A stretch of 64,000 nt of DNA. Source: Deltaproteobacteria bacterium HGW-Deltaproteobacteria-6 (GTDB lineage Bacteria > Desulfobacterota > Syntrophia > Syntrophales > Smithellaceae). Of this stretch, positions 1-10,441 are shown one piece after another. The number at the start of each line of letters is the position of its first letter. The first letter of the stretch is position 1. Made by a program: the position numbers and the translations under genes. The DNA lies in assembly GCA_002840435.1 (NCBI GenBank), contig PHAT01000005.1:36460-100459 (forward strand), in the 5' to 3' direction. The notes under the pieces are model-generated. The model did no database searches, was not told where the DNA came from, and saw only the letters and a list, made by a program, of their open reading frames with translations.

Positions 1-1
1 T

Positions 2-1348
2 ACAAAGGATATGGAAACCATCCAGCTTGCCGCCACCGATGAAGGTTATGCATATGCCGACGTCAATCCGAAAACCGTCACCCATGAAAAAGAGCAGCTG
101 GTGGATTTGAACTTCCAGCTCACCAAGGGCGAACTCATTTATATTTCCCGCATCGGCATATCCGGAAACACCATCACCCGCGACAAAGTCATCCGGCGGC
201 AGTTATCCATCGTGGAGGGAGATTTGTATTCCTCCAGCAAGCTGAAAAAAAGTTATTCCGGCTTGAACTATCTCCGGTATTTTGAAGAGATTGATTTCCA
301 GACGGAAAAAGCACCGGATAATAAGATGGACATCAATATCCGGGTGAAAGAAAAGAATACGGGGATGTTTATGATCGGCGCGGGGTACAGCGCCGTTGAC
401 AAGGCGATTATCATGGCGCAGATCTCCCAGCAGAATTTTCTGGGTTACGGACAGACGTTAAGCCTGAAAGCATCGCTTGGCTCCACAACCAATAATTATG
501 AACTGTCTTTTGTCGAACCATGGCTTTTTGATCTGCCGCTGTGGTGTAAAGCGGATCTCTGGAACTACAAAAGTTCATATGATTCCTACACCGTTGAAAC
601 AAAGGGAACCGGATTAACCCTGGGATATCCGATTTGGGACAGGGTTACCGGTTATGTCGGCTACAAGTTCAGCATCGACGCCATTAAGGATGTTAATCAG
701 GCAACCGCCACCAGCTATGTCAAGCGTCAGGAAGGTGAAAGATATACCAGTGCCATGACCTTCAGCCTTGTTTATGACACCACGGACGACAGCATGTTCC
801 CCACCAAGGGAATCAAGGCAAGCACTTCCGTGCAGCACGCCGGGGTGCCTTTTGGCGGCAACGTAGAGTTCACGAAATACGGGGGCGCCCTGGTCGGTTA
901 TTACTCGCTCTTCAAGGATATTGTTTTAGCCGGGAAAAGCAAAATCGGGTATCTGCAAAACAATGACGTAAGCGACGACAGACTCCCCCTTTATGAAAGA
1001 TATGTTCTGGGGGGCTTGAATTCTTTGCGCGGGCTGCGCTATGTCGGTCCGACCAATTCGGGGACCAGCGATGTCATCGGCGGTAAAACCATGGTAACCT
1101 TTACGGCGGAAATAGTATTCCCGCTGATCAAAGACGCCGGTATGAAAGGCGTCATATTTTATGACGCCGGCAATACCTGGGACAATAATTATTACCTCGA
1201 TGATTTGAGGCAAACCTGCGGCGCGGGTATCCGCTGGTATTCGCCCATCGGACCCTTGCGGCTGGAATACGGCTACGTGCTGGATCGCAGAGGATTGAAC
1301 GACGACAGCGTGGGCCGATTTGAATTCAGCATCGGCATGATGATGTAA
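2..1348 (+). CDS. bamA: Outer membrane protein assembly factor BamA, C-terminal part (5' end lies upstream of the window)
   Basis: The frame is open from the window edge. It has Omp85 barrel hallmarks (RYVLGGLNSLRGLRY, GVIFYDAGNTW, C-terminal RFEFSIG) and sits in the canonical bamA-skp-lpxD order. Confidence 0.85.
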   Translation, partial: TKDMETIQLAATDEGYAYADVNPKTVTHEKEQLVDLNFQLTKGELIYISRIGISGNTITRDKVIRRQLSIVEGDLYSSSKLKKSYSGLNYLRYFEEIDFQTEKAPDNKMDINIRVKEKNTGMFMIGAGYSAVDKAIIMAQISQQNFLGYGQTLSLKASLGSTTNNYELSFVEPWLFDLPLWCKADLWNYKSSYDSYTVETKGTGLTLGYPIWDRVTGYVGYKFSIDAIKDVNQATATSYVKRQEGERYTSAMTFSLVYDTTDDSMFPTKGIKASTSVQHAGVPFGGNVEFTKYGGALVGYYSLFKDIVLAGKSKIGYLQNNDVSDDRLPLYERYVLGGLNSLRGLRYVGPTNSGTSDVIGGKTMVTFTAEIVFPLIKDAGMKGVIFYDAGNTWDNNYYLDDLRQTCGAGIRWYSPIGPLRLEYGYVLDRRGLNDDSVGRFEFSIGMMM

Positions 1349-1411
1349 TGGATCAACGAAATGAACTTCATTGATTGATAATAGACTAACTAACCGAGAG
1401 GAGATTTTAAA

Positions 1412-1939
1412 ATGAAAAAAAATATTTGTCTGATTGCAGGATTGGTTCTGCTTATTTTTGTTTGGACGAACACGTCCTTTGCCGCCGATAAAATCGGGTT
1501 TATCAATATGCAGACGATCATTCAAACCTCGAACGCCGGTAAAAAGGCAGCCGAAGAATTTAAAAAAATCGTGGAAAAGAAACAGGCCGCCATCCAGGCC
1601 ATGGAAAACGACGTCAAGAAAGTAAAAGATGAACTGGACAAACAGGCTTCCGTCATGACGGCCAGCGCACGCAGTGATAAAGAAGCCGCTTATCAAAGAA
1701 AGCTGCGCGATTACCAGATCCTCGTCGATGACACCAACAAAGAACTCCAGAAGCGGGATCAGGAATATTCACAAAAAATGGTTCCTGAAATATTGAAAGT
1801 CGTCCGCAGCATTGCGGAAAAAGATAAATACACTCTGATTCTGGACTACAGCACCATGCCGCTGCCTTATCATGACAAGGCCAGCGATATCACCAAGAAA
1901 GTCGTCGATGAGTACAACAAAGCGAATACAAAAAAGTAA
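1412..1939 (+). CDS. skp: Periplasmic chaperone Skp (OmpH family)
   Basis: 175 aa with a signal peptide (MKKNICLIAGLVLLIFVWTNTSFA) and a K/E-rich coiled-coil body. RBS GAGAGGAG lies upstream. It sits between bamA and lpxD. Confidence 0.8.
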   Translation: MKKNICLIAGLVLLIFVWTNTSFAADKIGFINMQTIIQTSNAGKKAAEEFKKIVEKKQAAIQAMENDVKKVKDELDKQASVMTASARSDKEAAYQRKLRDYQILVDDTNKELQKRDQEYSQKMVPEILKVVRSIAEKDKYTLILDYSTMPLPYHDKASDITKKVVDEYNKANTKK

Positions 1940-1954
1940 ACGTGATTAGATAGC

Positions 1955-2998
1955 ATGAAAAAAAGCATTCAGGAAATAGCCGCCATGTTCGGCGGCTCCG
2001 TCATCGGCGATGAAAAGACGATGATCAGCGATATCCGGCCCATTGACGACGCAGGCGTTGATGATCTGACCTTTATCGCGAACCCGAAGTATTTTAAGAT
2101 GCTGAAAACGACCCGCGCAGCGGCAATCCTTGTTCCACCGGGAACCGTTGAACCAGGCAAAAATCTGATCGTCGTGGCCGAACCTTATACGGTCTTCGGG
2201 AAGCTTCTGGCATTGTTTTATCCGGTCGATCATGGTCCGGTCGGCATCAGTCCTGACGCTTATATCGAAGAAGGCGCCTCAGTTTCGACGGAGGCAACCG
2301 TCCTGCCCCGAGCTTTTATCGGCCGCGGCGCCAGGATTGAAAAAGGCGCCGTTATCTACCCCGGCGTGTTTATCGGCCGCGGAGCCTCGGTCGGTGAAGA
2401 TTCAATCCTTTATGCCAATGTCAGCGTTTATGCCAACTGCATCATCGGCAAACGGGTGACTTTGCATTCGGGTGTCGTGATCGGCGCGGACGGCTTCGGC
2501 TTTGCCGCGCCCGGCGCGGGCAACACCAAAATTCCCCAGGTCGGAATCGTGCAAATCGACGACGACGTGGAATTAGGCGCCAATACCACCGTTGACCGGG
2601 CCACCATGGGCAGGACCTGGATTCAGCGCAACGTGAAGATTGATAATCTTGTTCAGGTCGCCCATAATGTTGTGATCGGGGAAAATTCCGCCATTGCCGC
2701 ACAAACCGGCATTTCCGGATCCACCAAAATAGGACAAAGTGTCATCATCGGCGGACAGGTCGGCATCGTCGGCCATATTTCCGTCGGAGATCATGTCATG
2801 ATCGGCGCGTCATCGGGCGTTCACAAGAATATCCCCGCCGGAGAAATTGGCGGAGGAACACCGTTCCTTCCCTATAAAGATTTTCTGAAAGTGGAGTCCT
2901 GCAAGGTTAAACTCCCAGCCATGCGCGTAAAACTGCAAAATCTGGTCAAACAGGTGGCGCAACTTGAAGCAAAAATAAACAAAGCAGGTGAAGATTAA
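1955..2998 (+). CDS. lpxD: UDP-3-O-acylglucosamine N-acyltransferase LpxD
   Basis: 347 aa with an N-terminal LpxD-type domain followed by long hexapeptide (left-handed beta-helix) repeats ([28 protein letters not shown]). Follows skp. Confidence 0.9.
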   Translation: MKKSIQEIAAMFGGSVIGDEKTMISDIRPIDDAGVDDLTFIANPKYFKMLKTTRAAAILVPPGTVEPGKNLIVVAEPYTVFGKLLALFYPVDHGPVGISPDAYIEEGASVSTEATVLPRAFIGRGARIEKGAVIYPGVFIGRGASVGEDSILYANVSVYANCIIGKRVTLHSGVVIGADGFGFAAPGAGNTKIPQVGIVQIDDDVELGANTTVDRATMGRTWIQRNVKIDNLVQVAHNVVIGENSAIAAQTGISGSTKIGQSVIIGGQVGIVGHISVGDHVMIGASSGVHKNIPAGEIGGGTPFLPYKDFLKVESCKVKLPAMRVKLQNLVKQVAQLEAKINKAGED

Positions 2999-3000
2999 AA

Positions 3001-3774
3001 ATGAAAATTCATCCCACAGCAATTATCGCTCCTGATGCTCAAATTGAGGAAGGCGTTGAAATCGGCCCGTACGCCGTGATTGGAAGCGATGTGAAAATCG
3101 GGAAAAATACCATTATCGGCCCGCATGCCGTTATTGAAGATTATACGCACATCGGAGAGGGCTGCCGTATCTATCAATTTGCTTCGATTGGCGCGGCTCC
3201 CCAGGATTTGAAGTTCGGCGGCGAAAAGACCCGGGTCATCATCGGCAACCACAATACGATTCGGGAGTTTGTGACGATTCACCGCGGGACCGCCGCGGAC
3301 ATCGGCATGACGTTTATCGGCAATCATAATCTGATTATGGCTTACTGCCATATTGCTCACAACTGCAAACTGGGAAACAATATCGTTCTGGCCAATGCCG
3401 CAACGCTTGCCGGTCACATTCACGTTGAAGACTTTGCCATTATCGGCGGATTGACAGGGGTGCATCAATTCTCGCGTATTGGCGCTCACTGTATCATTGG
3501 CGGCGCATCGGCCGTTCCGAAGGATGTGCCTCCTTATACGATGTCGTCCGGCAACCGGATTAAACTTTACGGTTTGAATCTCATCGGTTTGAAGAGAAGA
3601 AAATTCCCGGAAAAAAGCATCAAGGCGCTCAAAGAGGCGTATCGTATTATTTTCCGTTCCGGCATGCTTTTGGCGGAAGCCCTGAAAAAGGCCGAAGCAG
3701 AAGTTGAGGACTGCCCGGAAGTCCGGTATTTTATTAATTTCATCAGGGAGTCCAAACGAGGCATTTCCCGCTGA
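3001..3774 (+). CDS. lpxA: Acyl-ACP--UDP-GlcNAc O-acyltransferase LpxA
   Basis: 257 aa with hexapeptide repeats plus a helical C-domain ([14 protein letters not shown]). The ATG is 3 nt after the lpxD stop. Confidence 0.9.
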   Translation: MKIHPTAIIAPDAQIEEGVEIGPYAVIGSDVKIGKNTIIGPHAVIEDYTHIGEGCRIYQFASIGAAPQDLKFGGEKTRVIIGNHNTIREFVTIHRGTAADIGMTFIGNHNLIMAYCHIAHNCKLGNNIVLANAATLAGHIHVEDFAIIGGLTGVHQFSRIGAHCIIGGASAVPKDVPPYTMSSGNRIKLYGLNLIGLKRRKFPEKSIKALKEAYRIIFRSGMLLAEALKKAEAEVEDCPEVRYFINFIRESKRGISR

Positions 3775-3819
3775 CGGGCATCTGATATTTAAAAAAAGAA
3801 GTGACCGATGTGAAAAAAT

Positions 3820-5001
3820 ATGCCTCCTAAAGAAATCAATCCATCCCCCGCGGAGACCACAGGAAGCAGGAAAACAAAGACGATCATGATTGTTGCCGGC
3901 GAAGCGTCCGGCGACATGCATGGCGCGGCACTTGTCCGCGAAATGGCCGGAATTAATCCCTCGCTCCATTTTTACGGCATCGGCGGCAGCCAGATGGAAA
4001 AAGCGGGAGTCACCCTTCTGGCCAATAATGCCTCGATGGCCGTTATGGGAATAACCGAGATCGTCACTAAACTGGGCAGCATCTTAAAGACGCTCAGTAT
4101 GATGAAGAAAGCCCTGGACAGCAACAGGCCTGACCTGGTCATTTTGATCGATTATGCCGACTTTAATCTCCGTTTGGCCAGGGCCGCGAAAAAGAAAGAC
4201 ATAAAGGTCTTCTACTATATCAGCCCGAAGGTCTGGGCCTGGCGCGGGGGGAGAATTGCGCAGATCAAAAAATTCGTCGATCGTATGGCCGTCATCTTTC
4301 CCTTTGAAGTCGATACCTATGCAGCCCACGGGTACACCGTCAATTATGTCGGTCATCCCTTAGTCGACATGGTCAAACCGCACGGCACAAAGCAGGATTC
4401 GAGAAAAAGCATTGGCGTTTCTGCAAACGAAACAACCATCGCGCTTTTGCCGGGCAGCCGGCTCGCGGAAGTAAACAAACTGCTGCCGGAAATGCTGCTG
4501 GCCGCTGAAATCATTTCGCAAAAAATACCGGGGGTTCAATTTGTTCTGCCGCTGGCTGATACCCTCGAAGAAAAAATCATATTGGATATCGGCAAAAATT
4601 CTCCGGTTAAAATTAAAGTGATTGCCGGCAAAACCTACGATGTTATTGCTTCCGCCGATCTGGCCATTGTTGCATCGGGGACGGCAACGCTGGAAACCGG
4701 CTTGCTGGGTGTCCCGATGATTATCATTTACAAGGTCTCGCTTTTTTCGGAGTTGATCGCCAGGATGTTTATCAGCATCCAGCACATGGGGCTGGTCAAT
4801 ATTATTGCGGGAAAAACAATCGCACCGGAGTTGATTCAATCGGATGTTAACGGTCAGCGCATGGCATCCGAGGCGCTGGCTATTTTATTAAACCATGAAA
4901 AAAAACAGGAAATGATCGCCGAGCTTCAGGACATCCGCGCCAGAATGGGTGAGCCGGGCGCAGCCGGAAGAGCAGCTCAAATCGCCTGTGATATGCTATA
5001 G
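3820..5001 (+). CDS. lpxB: Lipid-A-disaccharide synthase LpxB (GT19)
   Basis: 393 aa with IVAGEASGDMHGA near the N-terminus, and the LLPGSRLAEV and ASGTATLE motifs typical of LpxB. The start could instead be the ATG at 3886. Confidence 0.85.
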   Translation: MPPKEINPSPAETTGSRKTKTIMIVAGEASGDMHGAALVREMAGINPSLHFYGIGGSQMEKAGVTLLANNASMAVMGITEIVTKLGSILKTLSMMKKALDSNRPDLVILIDYADFNLRLARAAKKKDIKVFYYISPKVWAWRGGRIAQIKKFVDRMAVIFPFEVDTYAAHGYTVNYVGHPLVDMVKPHGTKQDSRKSIGVSANETTIALLPGSRLAEVNKLLPEMLLAAEIISQKIPGVQFVLPLADTLEEKIILDIGKNSPVKIKVIAGKTYDVIASADLAIVASGTATLETGLLGVPMIIIYKVSLFSELIARMFISIQHMGLVNIIAGKTIAPELIQSDVNGQRMASEALAILLNHEKKQEMIAELQDIRARMGEPGAAGRAAQIACDML

Positions 5002-5009
5002 GAACAAAA

Positions 5010-6767
5010 ATGGAAACTTTCAATCGATTGTTGTTAATGGCCAAGCAGTACTATTTGCGCTTTATCTTCGCCGCAATTTGCATGTTGATCGCCGGAGGCC
5101 TGCAATCCGCTCTGCCGCTGATTGCCAAGCCGGTGGTTGACGAGATATTCGTCCAAAAGGATGTTTCCGCGCTGAAATGGATCCCCTTTACAGTCATCGC
5201 CATTTTTTTCTTTAAGGGATTGTGCAACTACGCACAGAACATTTTAATGAGTTCCATCGGCCTGCGCATTGTTGCGGACCTGCGCAATAAACTCTATGAG
5301 CAAATTCAGAAACAATCCCTGTCCTTTTTTTCCGGACATTCCACCGGCCTTTTGATGTCGAGGATTACGAATGATGTTCAGTCCGTTCAAACCGCGTCAT
5401 CGGAAGCCGTGACTGCCCTGGTCAAGGACAGTTTTATGCTGGTGTGTCTGATCGGCGTAATCTTTTACACGGACTGGAAACTCGCACTCATCGCGATGGT
5501 CGTTTTTCCGCTGGCCATCTATCCCATTACCCTGTTCGGCAGGAAAATGCGCAAAGTGACGACATCCACGCAAATCACGATGGGAACCCTGAATTCTCTT
5601 TTACAGGAAACCATTTCCGGAACCCGCATTGTCAAGGCATTCGGAATGGAACAATACGAAAACAAAAGGTTCGCCGCGGAAAACGAGAGACTGTTCAAAC
5701 ATTACATTAAAGCCGTTTCCGTCAATTCCATTACCAGTCCCCTGATGGATTTTCTGGGCGGAATGGGAATTGCCGCCGTAATTTTTTACGGCGGATACAG
5801 CGTCCTGCAGGGCAATTCCACGCCCGGCACTTTCTTCTCTTTTATCGCCGCTCTGCTGATGCTTTACGAACCGGCTAAACGGCTTACCAATGTCAATAAT
5901 ACCATCAATCAGGGCATTGCCGGCGCCGACCGTATTTTCAGCATCATCGACCGGGTGCCGGACATTGAAGACAAACCCGATGCCGCCATACTGCCGCCCA
6001 TCAGCAAAAGTATTCACATGGAAAATGTAACCTTTTGCTATGAAGCCACACCCGTGCTGAAAAACATCAATCTCACCATCAGGGCGGGCGAGGTGGTCGC
6101 GTTTGTCGGCATGAGCGGCGGCGGAAAAACGTCGCTGGTCAATCTGATTCCCCGCTTTTACGACGTTTCCGAAGGGCGCGTCATGATTGACGGCCATGAT
6201 GTGCGTGATGTTACGCTGCAATCCCTGCGCCGGCAGATCGCCATCGTCACCCAGCAGACCATCCTTTTTAATGATACGGTGAAAAACAACATCGCTTATG
6301 GTGACATTGAAAGGACCGAAGAAGACATCATCAACGCCGCCCGCGCAGCCAACGCCCACGATTTCATCACCAAATTGCCTGACGGATACGACAGCAACAT
6401 CGGCGAACTGGGAACCAAACTCTCCGGTGGAGAGAAGCAAAGAATCTCCATTGCCCGCGCGCTGCTGAAAAATGCGCCCATATTAATTCTGGACGAAGCG
6501 ACCTCTTCTCTGGACACGGAAGCGGAAATCGAGGTGCAGGAAGCGCTGGACAATCTGATGAAAGGGCGCACGACGCTGGTCATCGCGCATCGTCTCTCCA
6601 CCATCCGCAATGCCGACCGCATCATTGCCCTGGTCAACGGAAAGATCGTGGAAGAAGGCAATCACGAAACCCTGCTGGCTAAAAGGGGCGAATATTACCG
6701 GTTGTATAATTTGCAGTTCAAAGATGAAGGAAATGGCAATGAGCGATTGGCAAAGGATCTGGAATAA
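5010..6767 (+). CDS. msbA: Lipid A export ABC transporter MsbA (fused TMD-NBD)
   Basis: 585 aa: a 6-TM exporter domain, Walker A GMSGGGKTS, signature LSGGEKQR, Walker B ILILDEATS. It sits in the lipid A operon and is overlapped by lpxK. Confidence 0.8.
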   Translation: METFNRLLLMAKQYYLRFIFAAICMLIAGGLQSALPLIAKPVVDEIFVQKDVSALKWIPFTVIAIFFFKGLCNYAQNILMSSIGLRIVADLRNKLYEQIQKQSLSFFSGHSTGLLMSRITNDVQSVQTASSEAVTALVKDSFMLVCLIGVIFYTDWKLALIAMVVFPLAIYPITLFGRKMRKVTTSTQITMGTLNSLLQETISGTRIVKAFGMEQYENKRFAAENERLFKHYIKAVSVNSITSPLMDFLGGMGIAAVIFYGGYSVLQGNSTPGTFFSFIAALLMLYEPAKRLTNVNNTINQGIAGADRIFSIIDRVPDIEDKPDAAILPPISKSIHMENVTFCYEATPVLKNINLTIRAGEVVAFVGMSGGGKTSLVNLIPRFYDVSEGRVMIDGHDVRDVTLQSLRRQIAIVTQQTILFNDTVKNNIAYGDIERTEEDIINAARAANAHDFITKLPDGYDSNIGELGTKLSGGEKQRISIARALLKNAPILILDEATSSLDTEAEIEVQEALDNLMKGRTTLVIAHRLSTIRNADRIIALVNGKIVEEGNHETLLAKRGEYYRLYNLQFKDEGNGNERLAKDLE

Positions 6768-7839
6768 TGATGATTCAATTCGCCGCATCAGTCCGACAAG
6801 AGCAATTCTCTATCTTTTATCCCTGCTCTACCGGCCGGTTGTCTTTTTGCGCAACCGGCTCTATGATCAACACATTCTGAAGTCCGTCAAACTTTCCTGT
6901 CCGGTGATCAGTGTCGGCAACATCACCGTCGGCGGCACGGGGAAAACCCCCTGCGTCATCGCACTGGCCGGAATGATTCAGCGCCGCGGTTTCCGCCCGG
7001 CCGTCATCAGCCGCGGTTACGGCGGTAAAAACCCGCGGCCCGTCAATGTTGTTTCCGACGGCAAAACCATCTTGCTTGATGCCGAAGAAGCCGGTGACGA
7101 GCCGCTGCTCATCGCCCGATCGCTGCCGGATATTCCGGTCATCACCGGCTCGAAGCGCCGTCTTACCGGACAGGCGGCTATCGATCGATTCGGGGCCAAT
7201 GTGCTGATCTGCGACGACGCATTTCAACACCGGCAAATCTTCCGGGATCTGGATATCGTTTTACTCGATGGCAGAAAACCGCTGGGCAACGGGCACCTCC
7301 TGCCGCGCGGTGAACTGCGCGAATCGCCGGGAGGGCTCAACCGGGCCGGCTGCATGATTCTGACGCGCGCGGATGAGACGGAGCCGTTACATCCCGGCAT
7401 CGCCTCGATCGCCCGATCATCCGGGATACCCGTTTTCCGGGCCGTTCATCGGTTCAGAGAAATAATTAAACCTGATCAGAGCGCATGGCCGCCCGTTGCA
7501 CTTCGAGGCAGGACAGTATGCGCCTTTTGCGGCATCGCCAGGCCGGATTCCTTTCAGAAAATGTTGAACAACGCCGAAGCGCAAATCCTGTCATTTATTC
7601 CGTTTCCCGATCATTATTCCTACAACCGGTATGATCTGGAGGACTTGCAAAACAATTTTATCCGCCTGCAGGCCGATTATCTGGTAACCACGGAAAAGGA
7701 CGCCATGCGCCTTCAAAGTCATCCTGAATTTTTAAAAATGATTTGCATTTTACGCATGGACATGGAAATAAAACCTTCTTCGCAGTCATTCGAAAACTTT
7801 ATAGCCGAGCGATTGACCGCTGTCGCTCAAAATGGATAG
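6739..7839 (+). CDS. lpxK: Tetraacyldisaccharide 4'-kinase LpxK
   Basis: P-loop GNITVGGTGKTP followed by SRGYGG. The ATG at 6739 is preceded by AGGA 7 nt upstream. The ORF-track start (6610) lies deep inside msbA. Confidence 0.8.
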   Translation: MSDWQRIWNNDDSIRRISPTRAILYLLSLLYRPVVFLRNRLYDQHILKSVKLSCPVISVGNITVGGTGKTPCVIALAGMIQRRGFRPAVISRGYGGKNPRPVNVVSDGKTILLDAEEAGDEPLLIARSLPDIPVITGSKRRLTGQAAIDRFGANVLICDDAFQHRQIFRDLDIVLLDGRKPLGNGHLLPRGELRESPGGLNRAGCMILTRADETEPLHPGIASIARSSGIPVFRAVHRFREIIKPDQSAWPPVALRGRTVCAFCGIARPDSFQKMLNNAEAQILSFIPFPDHYSYNRYDLEDLQNNFIRLQADYLVTTEKDAMRLQSHPEFLKMICILRMDMEIKPSSQSFENFIAERLTAVAQNG

Positions 7840-7848
7840 ATCCGGCAA

Positions 7849-8742
7849 ATGGAACCAGAAAAAACGTTTAACATAAAGATTGCAATTGTCGCCAATCGCC
7901 TGACGCCTCATTGGGTCAAACGATCTGCCGCTTTTTTGTTGTCCAGATTGATGTATTATCTGTCGCCCAAGCACCGGTTGATCGCGATTCATAATCTGAT
8001 CAGGGCATTTCCCGAGAAATCGCTGGACGACATACTGAATATCGTCAAAGCCTCCAACGAAAACTTTATCTTGTCCATGCTGGAATTTCCCGATCTGCTG
8101 AACGTGAATAAGGACAATATTCATCGCCTGGTCTCCATCAAGGGGCTGGAGCATTACGAAGCAGCCTGCCGCGAAGGCAAAGGGGTTTTGCTTTTCAGCG
8201 CTCATTTCGGCAGTTGGGAAGTCGGCAACGCCGCGCTGGCGATATTATCCAAGCCGCCGGTCTTCATGGCCCGTATTCTGGACAGCGCTTTTCTGGAGGA
8301 GGGCAGCACTTATGTGCGCGCCACCCTGGGAATCGGCAATATCCACAAGGAAAACGCCATGCGGCCGCTGCTTCGCCTGTTAAAAAAAGGAGAAGCCGTT
8401 AAATTACTGATCGATCAGAATGTCGCCGTCTATGAAGGGGTCTTCGTTGATTATTTCGGACGAACGGCCTGCACGACAACAGGCATCGCCCTTCTAGCGC
8501 TGCATACCGGCGCAGCGGTTCTGCCAATATTCACAACCCGCATGCCCGACGGCAAATACGTAACCGAGATCGGTCCGAAAGTGGAAACGGTCAACACCGG
8601 CGACCGGGATCAGGACGTCCGGATCAACACGCAAAACTATACGAAAGTCATTGAAGATCATGTTCGCCAATACCCGCATCAATGGCTCTGGGTGCATCAG
8701 CGATGGAAAACAAAGCCCTGCCAGGCCGAAAGAAATTCATGA
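7849..8742 (+). CDS. lpxL: Lipid A biosynthesis (Kdo)2-lipid IVA acyltransferase, LpxL/HtrB family
   Basis: 297 aa with the LPLAT catalytic motif SAHFGSWEVG (HxxxxE/D). Follows lpxK. Confidence 0.75.
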   Translation: MEPEKTFNIKIAIVANRLTPHWVKRSAAFLLSRLMYYLSPKHRLIAIHNLIRAFPEKSLDDILNIVKASNENFILSMLEFPDLLNVNKDNIHRLVSIKGLEHYEAACREGKGVLLFSAHFGSWEVGNAALAILSKPPVFMARILDSAFLEEGSTYVRATLGIGNIHKENAMRPLLRLLKKGEAVKLLIDQNVAVYEGVFVDYFGRTACTTTGIALLALHTGAAVLPIFTTRMPDGKYVTEIGPKVETVNTGDRDQDVRINTQNYTKVIEDHVRQYPHQWLWVHQRWKTKPCQAERNS

Positions 8743-8794
8743 AGCGTATGTCGTGGTTTGCGATTCACGAGATGCAAGATACGGGGAAAAATCC

Positions 8795-9847
8795 TTGATA
8801 CTGAAAAACAAAAAAAAATTACCCAAGAGCGGCCTCGACAGAATATTGCTCCGCGGCACCAACTGGATCGGAGACGCCATCATGACGTTGCCTGCGGTCG
8901 CCTCCGTGCGCGCGGCCTATCCGAAGGCTCATCTGGCCATTCTCGCCAAACCGCCAGTGACGGATATCTATAAACTGTTTTCAGCAGCCGATGAAATCAT
9001 TCCTTATGAGCAGAAATTTCAGAATCTCCCGGGCGTCCTTCGTCTGGCTTATGAGCTCAGGCGAAAAAAGTTTGACGCTGCCATTCTGCTCCAAAACGCC
9101 ATTGAAGCGGCGATTATCGCCGTGGTTGCAGGCATCGGCGTACGCGCCGGCTACAATTCCGACGGACGCGGTCTTTTGCTGACACACGCGATACGCCGCA
9201 CCAGGGAAATCCTGAAGGTTCATCAGATTGATTATTATCTGGAAATGGTGAAGGCCCTTGGTTGTGCAAATGTTGATCGCACCATGCACATGGAAACCTG
9301 CATCTCTTCCGCAACCGCGAAGGAAATTTTGCAGCAGTATGTGCCGGAAAGCGGCAAAACCATTATGGGCATTGCACCGGGGGCAACTTACGGACCGGCC
9401 AAACGATGGCTGCCGGAAAGATTTGCCCTGGCCGGGGATTGCCTCAGCCGGGATTTAAACGCTCAAGTCGTCCTCTTCGGCGGCCAGCCCGACTGGGAAA
9501 CGGCCGAACAGGTCCGGAAACAGTCACAAACCGGCATGCTGAATCTGGCCGGCAAAACGACTCTGCGCGAAGCGGTTTATCTCATATCGCAATGCCGGTT
9601 ATTTATCAGCAATGATTCCGGGTTAATGCATGTGGCCGGCGCTCTGAATATTCCCACCGTTGCCATTTTCGGTTCCACCAATCCGGTGACCACATCACCC
9701 GCCGGCGAAAAGACCGTCCTGGTGCGGAAGCCGGTGTCATGCAGTCCCTGCTTGAAGGAAACGTGCCCGACGGATTTCCGCTGCATGACGGAGATCACCG
9801 CCGACGATGTTGCCGCGGCGGCCAGCACGTTAGTGAAGAAAAGTTGA
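8795..9847 (+). CDS. Glycosyltransferase family 9 (LPS heptosyltransferase, WaaF-like)
   Basis: RILLRGTNWIGDAIMTLPA at the N-terminus and the GT9 signature SNDSGLMHVAGALNIPTVAIFGSTNP. Start is uncertain: TTG 8795 with GGGGA upstream, or GTG 8753. The track start at 8651 overlaps lpxL by 92 nt. Confidence 0.7.
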   Translation: MILKNKKKLPKSGLDRILLRGTNWIGDAIMTLPAVASVRAAYPKAHLAILAKPPVTDIYKLFSAADEIIPYEQKFQNLPGVLRLAYELRRKKFDAAILLQNAIEAAIIAVVAGIGVRAGYNSDGRGLLLTHAIRRTREILKVHQIDYYLEMVKALGCANVDRTMHMETCISSATAKEILQQYVPESGKTIMGIAPGATYGPAKRWLPERFALAGDCLSRDLNAQVVLFGGQPDWETAEQVRKQSQTGMLNLAGKTTLREAVYLISQCRLFISNDSGLMHVAGALNIPTVAIFGSTNPVTTSPAGEKTVLVRKPVSCSPCLKETCPTDFRCMTEITADDVAAAASTLVKKS

Positions 9848-9853
9848 GCCTTT

Positions 9854-10441
9854 ATGGGAAAAAGCATCGCCATATTTCTGGACCGCGACGGAACCATTAA
9901 TGAGGAAGTCGGATATATTGAAAATCTGAATAAGTTCAGAATCATTCCGGCCGCTTTTGAGGCGATCCGTTTAATCAATCTCAGCGGGTTGCAGGCCGTC
10001 GTCATCACCAATCAGGCGGCGATTGCCAAAGGCCTCATAACCGAAGCATTCGTAGGGCAGACGCACGAGCTTTTGCAGACGGAACTCAAACAAAAAGGCG
10101 CGGCCATCAACGCGTTCTATTACTGCCCGCATCATCCGACGGAAGGTTCTTCCGCCTACCGCAGAATTTGCGATTGCCGCAAGCCTGCGCCCGGGCTGCT
10201 ATTGCAGGCGGCGCGAGAAATGAACATCGACTTATCCTCATCTTACATGATTGGTGACCGGTATCGCGACATGGAGGCCGCTCACCGGGCCGGGGTAAAA
10301 GGCGTGCTGGTTAAAACAGGCTATGGTGCGGATGTGCTCGCCAACGCCGGTCCCGACGAGGAAACACCGGCGGGAAAACCCGAGTTTATTGCGGAGGACA
10401 TTCTTGAGGCGGTCCGCTGGATATTGAGGAGCCGGCAATGA
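9854..10441 (+). CDS. gmhB: D-glycero-D-manno-heptose 1,7-bisphosphate 7-phosphatase GmhB (HAD)
   Basis: 195 aa with HAD motif I FLDRDGTIN and the GmhB-type Zn loop CPHHP...CDCRKPAPGLL. It sits between two GT9 genes. Confidence 0.75.
   Translation: MGKSIAIFLDRDGTINEEVGYIENLNKFRIIPAAFEAIRLINLSGLQAVVITNQAAIAKGLITEAFVGQTHELLQTELKQKGAAINAFYYCPHHPTEGSSAYRRICDCRKPAPGLLLQAAREMNIDLSSSYMIGDRYRDMEAAHRAGVKGVLVKTGYGADVLANAGPDEETPAGKPEFIAEDILEAVRWILRSRQ

Noticed and set aside
926-1696. Long antisense ORFs throughout the track (e.g. 926-1696 -, 2995-3969 -, 5601-6440 -, 14576-15181 +, 32030-32632 +, 36159-36770 +, 47222-48055 +, 52948-53700 +, 61118-61720 +)
   Set aside because: Each lies entirely opposite a gene with strong family motifs. 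Their translations are R/G/P/H-rich and low in complexity, with no recognisable domains. They are shadow ORFs of the kind expected in moderately GC-rich coding DNA.
6610-6738. 5'-extended starts in the ORF track (6610, 8651, 12128, 13099, 14345, 27314, 29213, 34036, 63922)
   Set aside because: The track reports the longest ORF and translates TTG/GTG as M; for example, 59631, 8651, 12128 and 13099 are TTG. These extensions overlap the upstream genes by 50-130 nt and precede the conserved N-termini. I chose downstream starts with an RBS instead, e.g. GGAGG-GTG at 33946, AGGAA-GTG at 12083 and GAAGGAG-ATG at 29156.
8810-8818. A9 tract in the 5' end of the WaaF-like gene, and A9/T9 tracts at 23083-23091 and 48057-48065, considered as phase-variation sites
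   Set aside because: They encode lysine runs (KKK) in an AT-leaning context. Poly-A tracts of this length are common and much less mutable than G/C tracts. I report only the G10 as a candidate.
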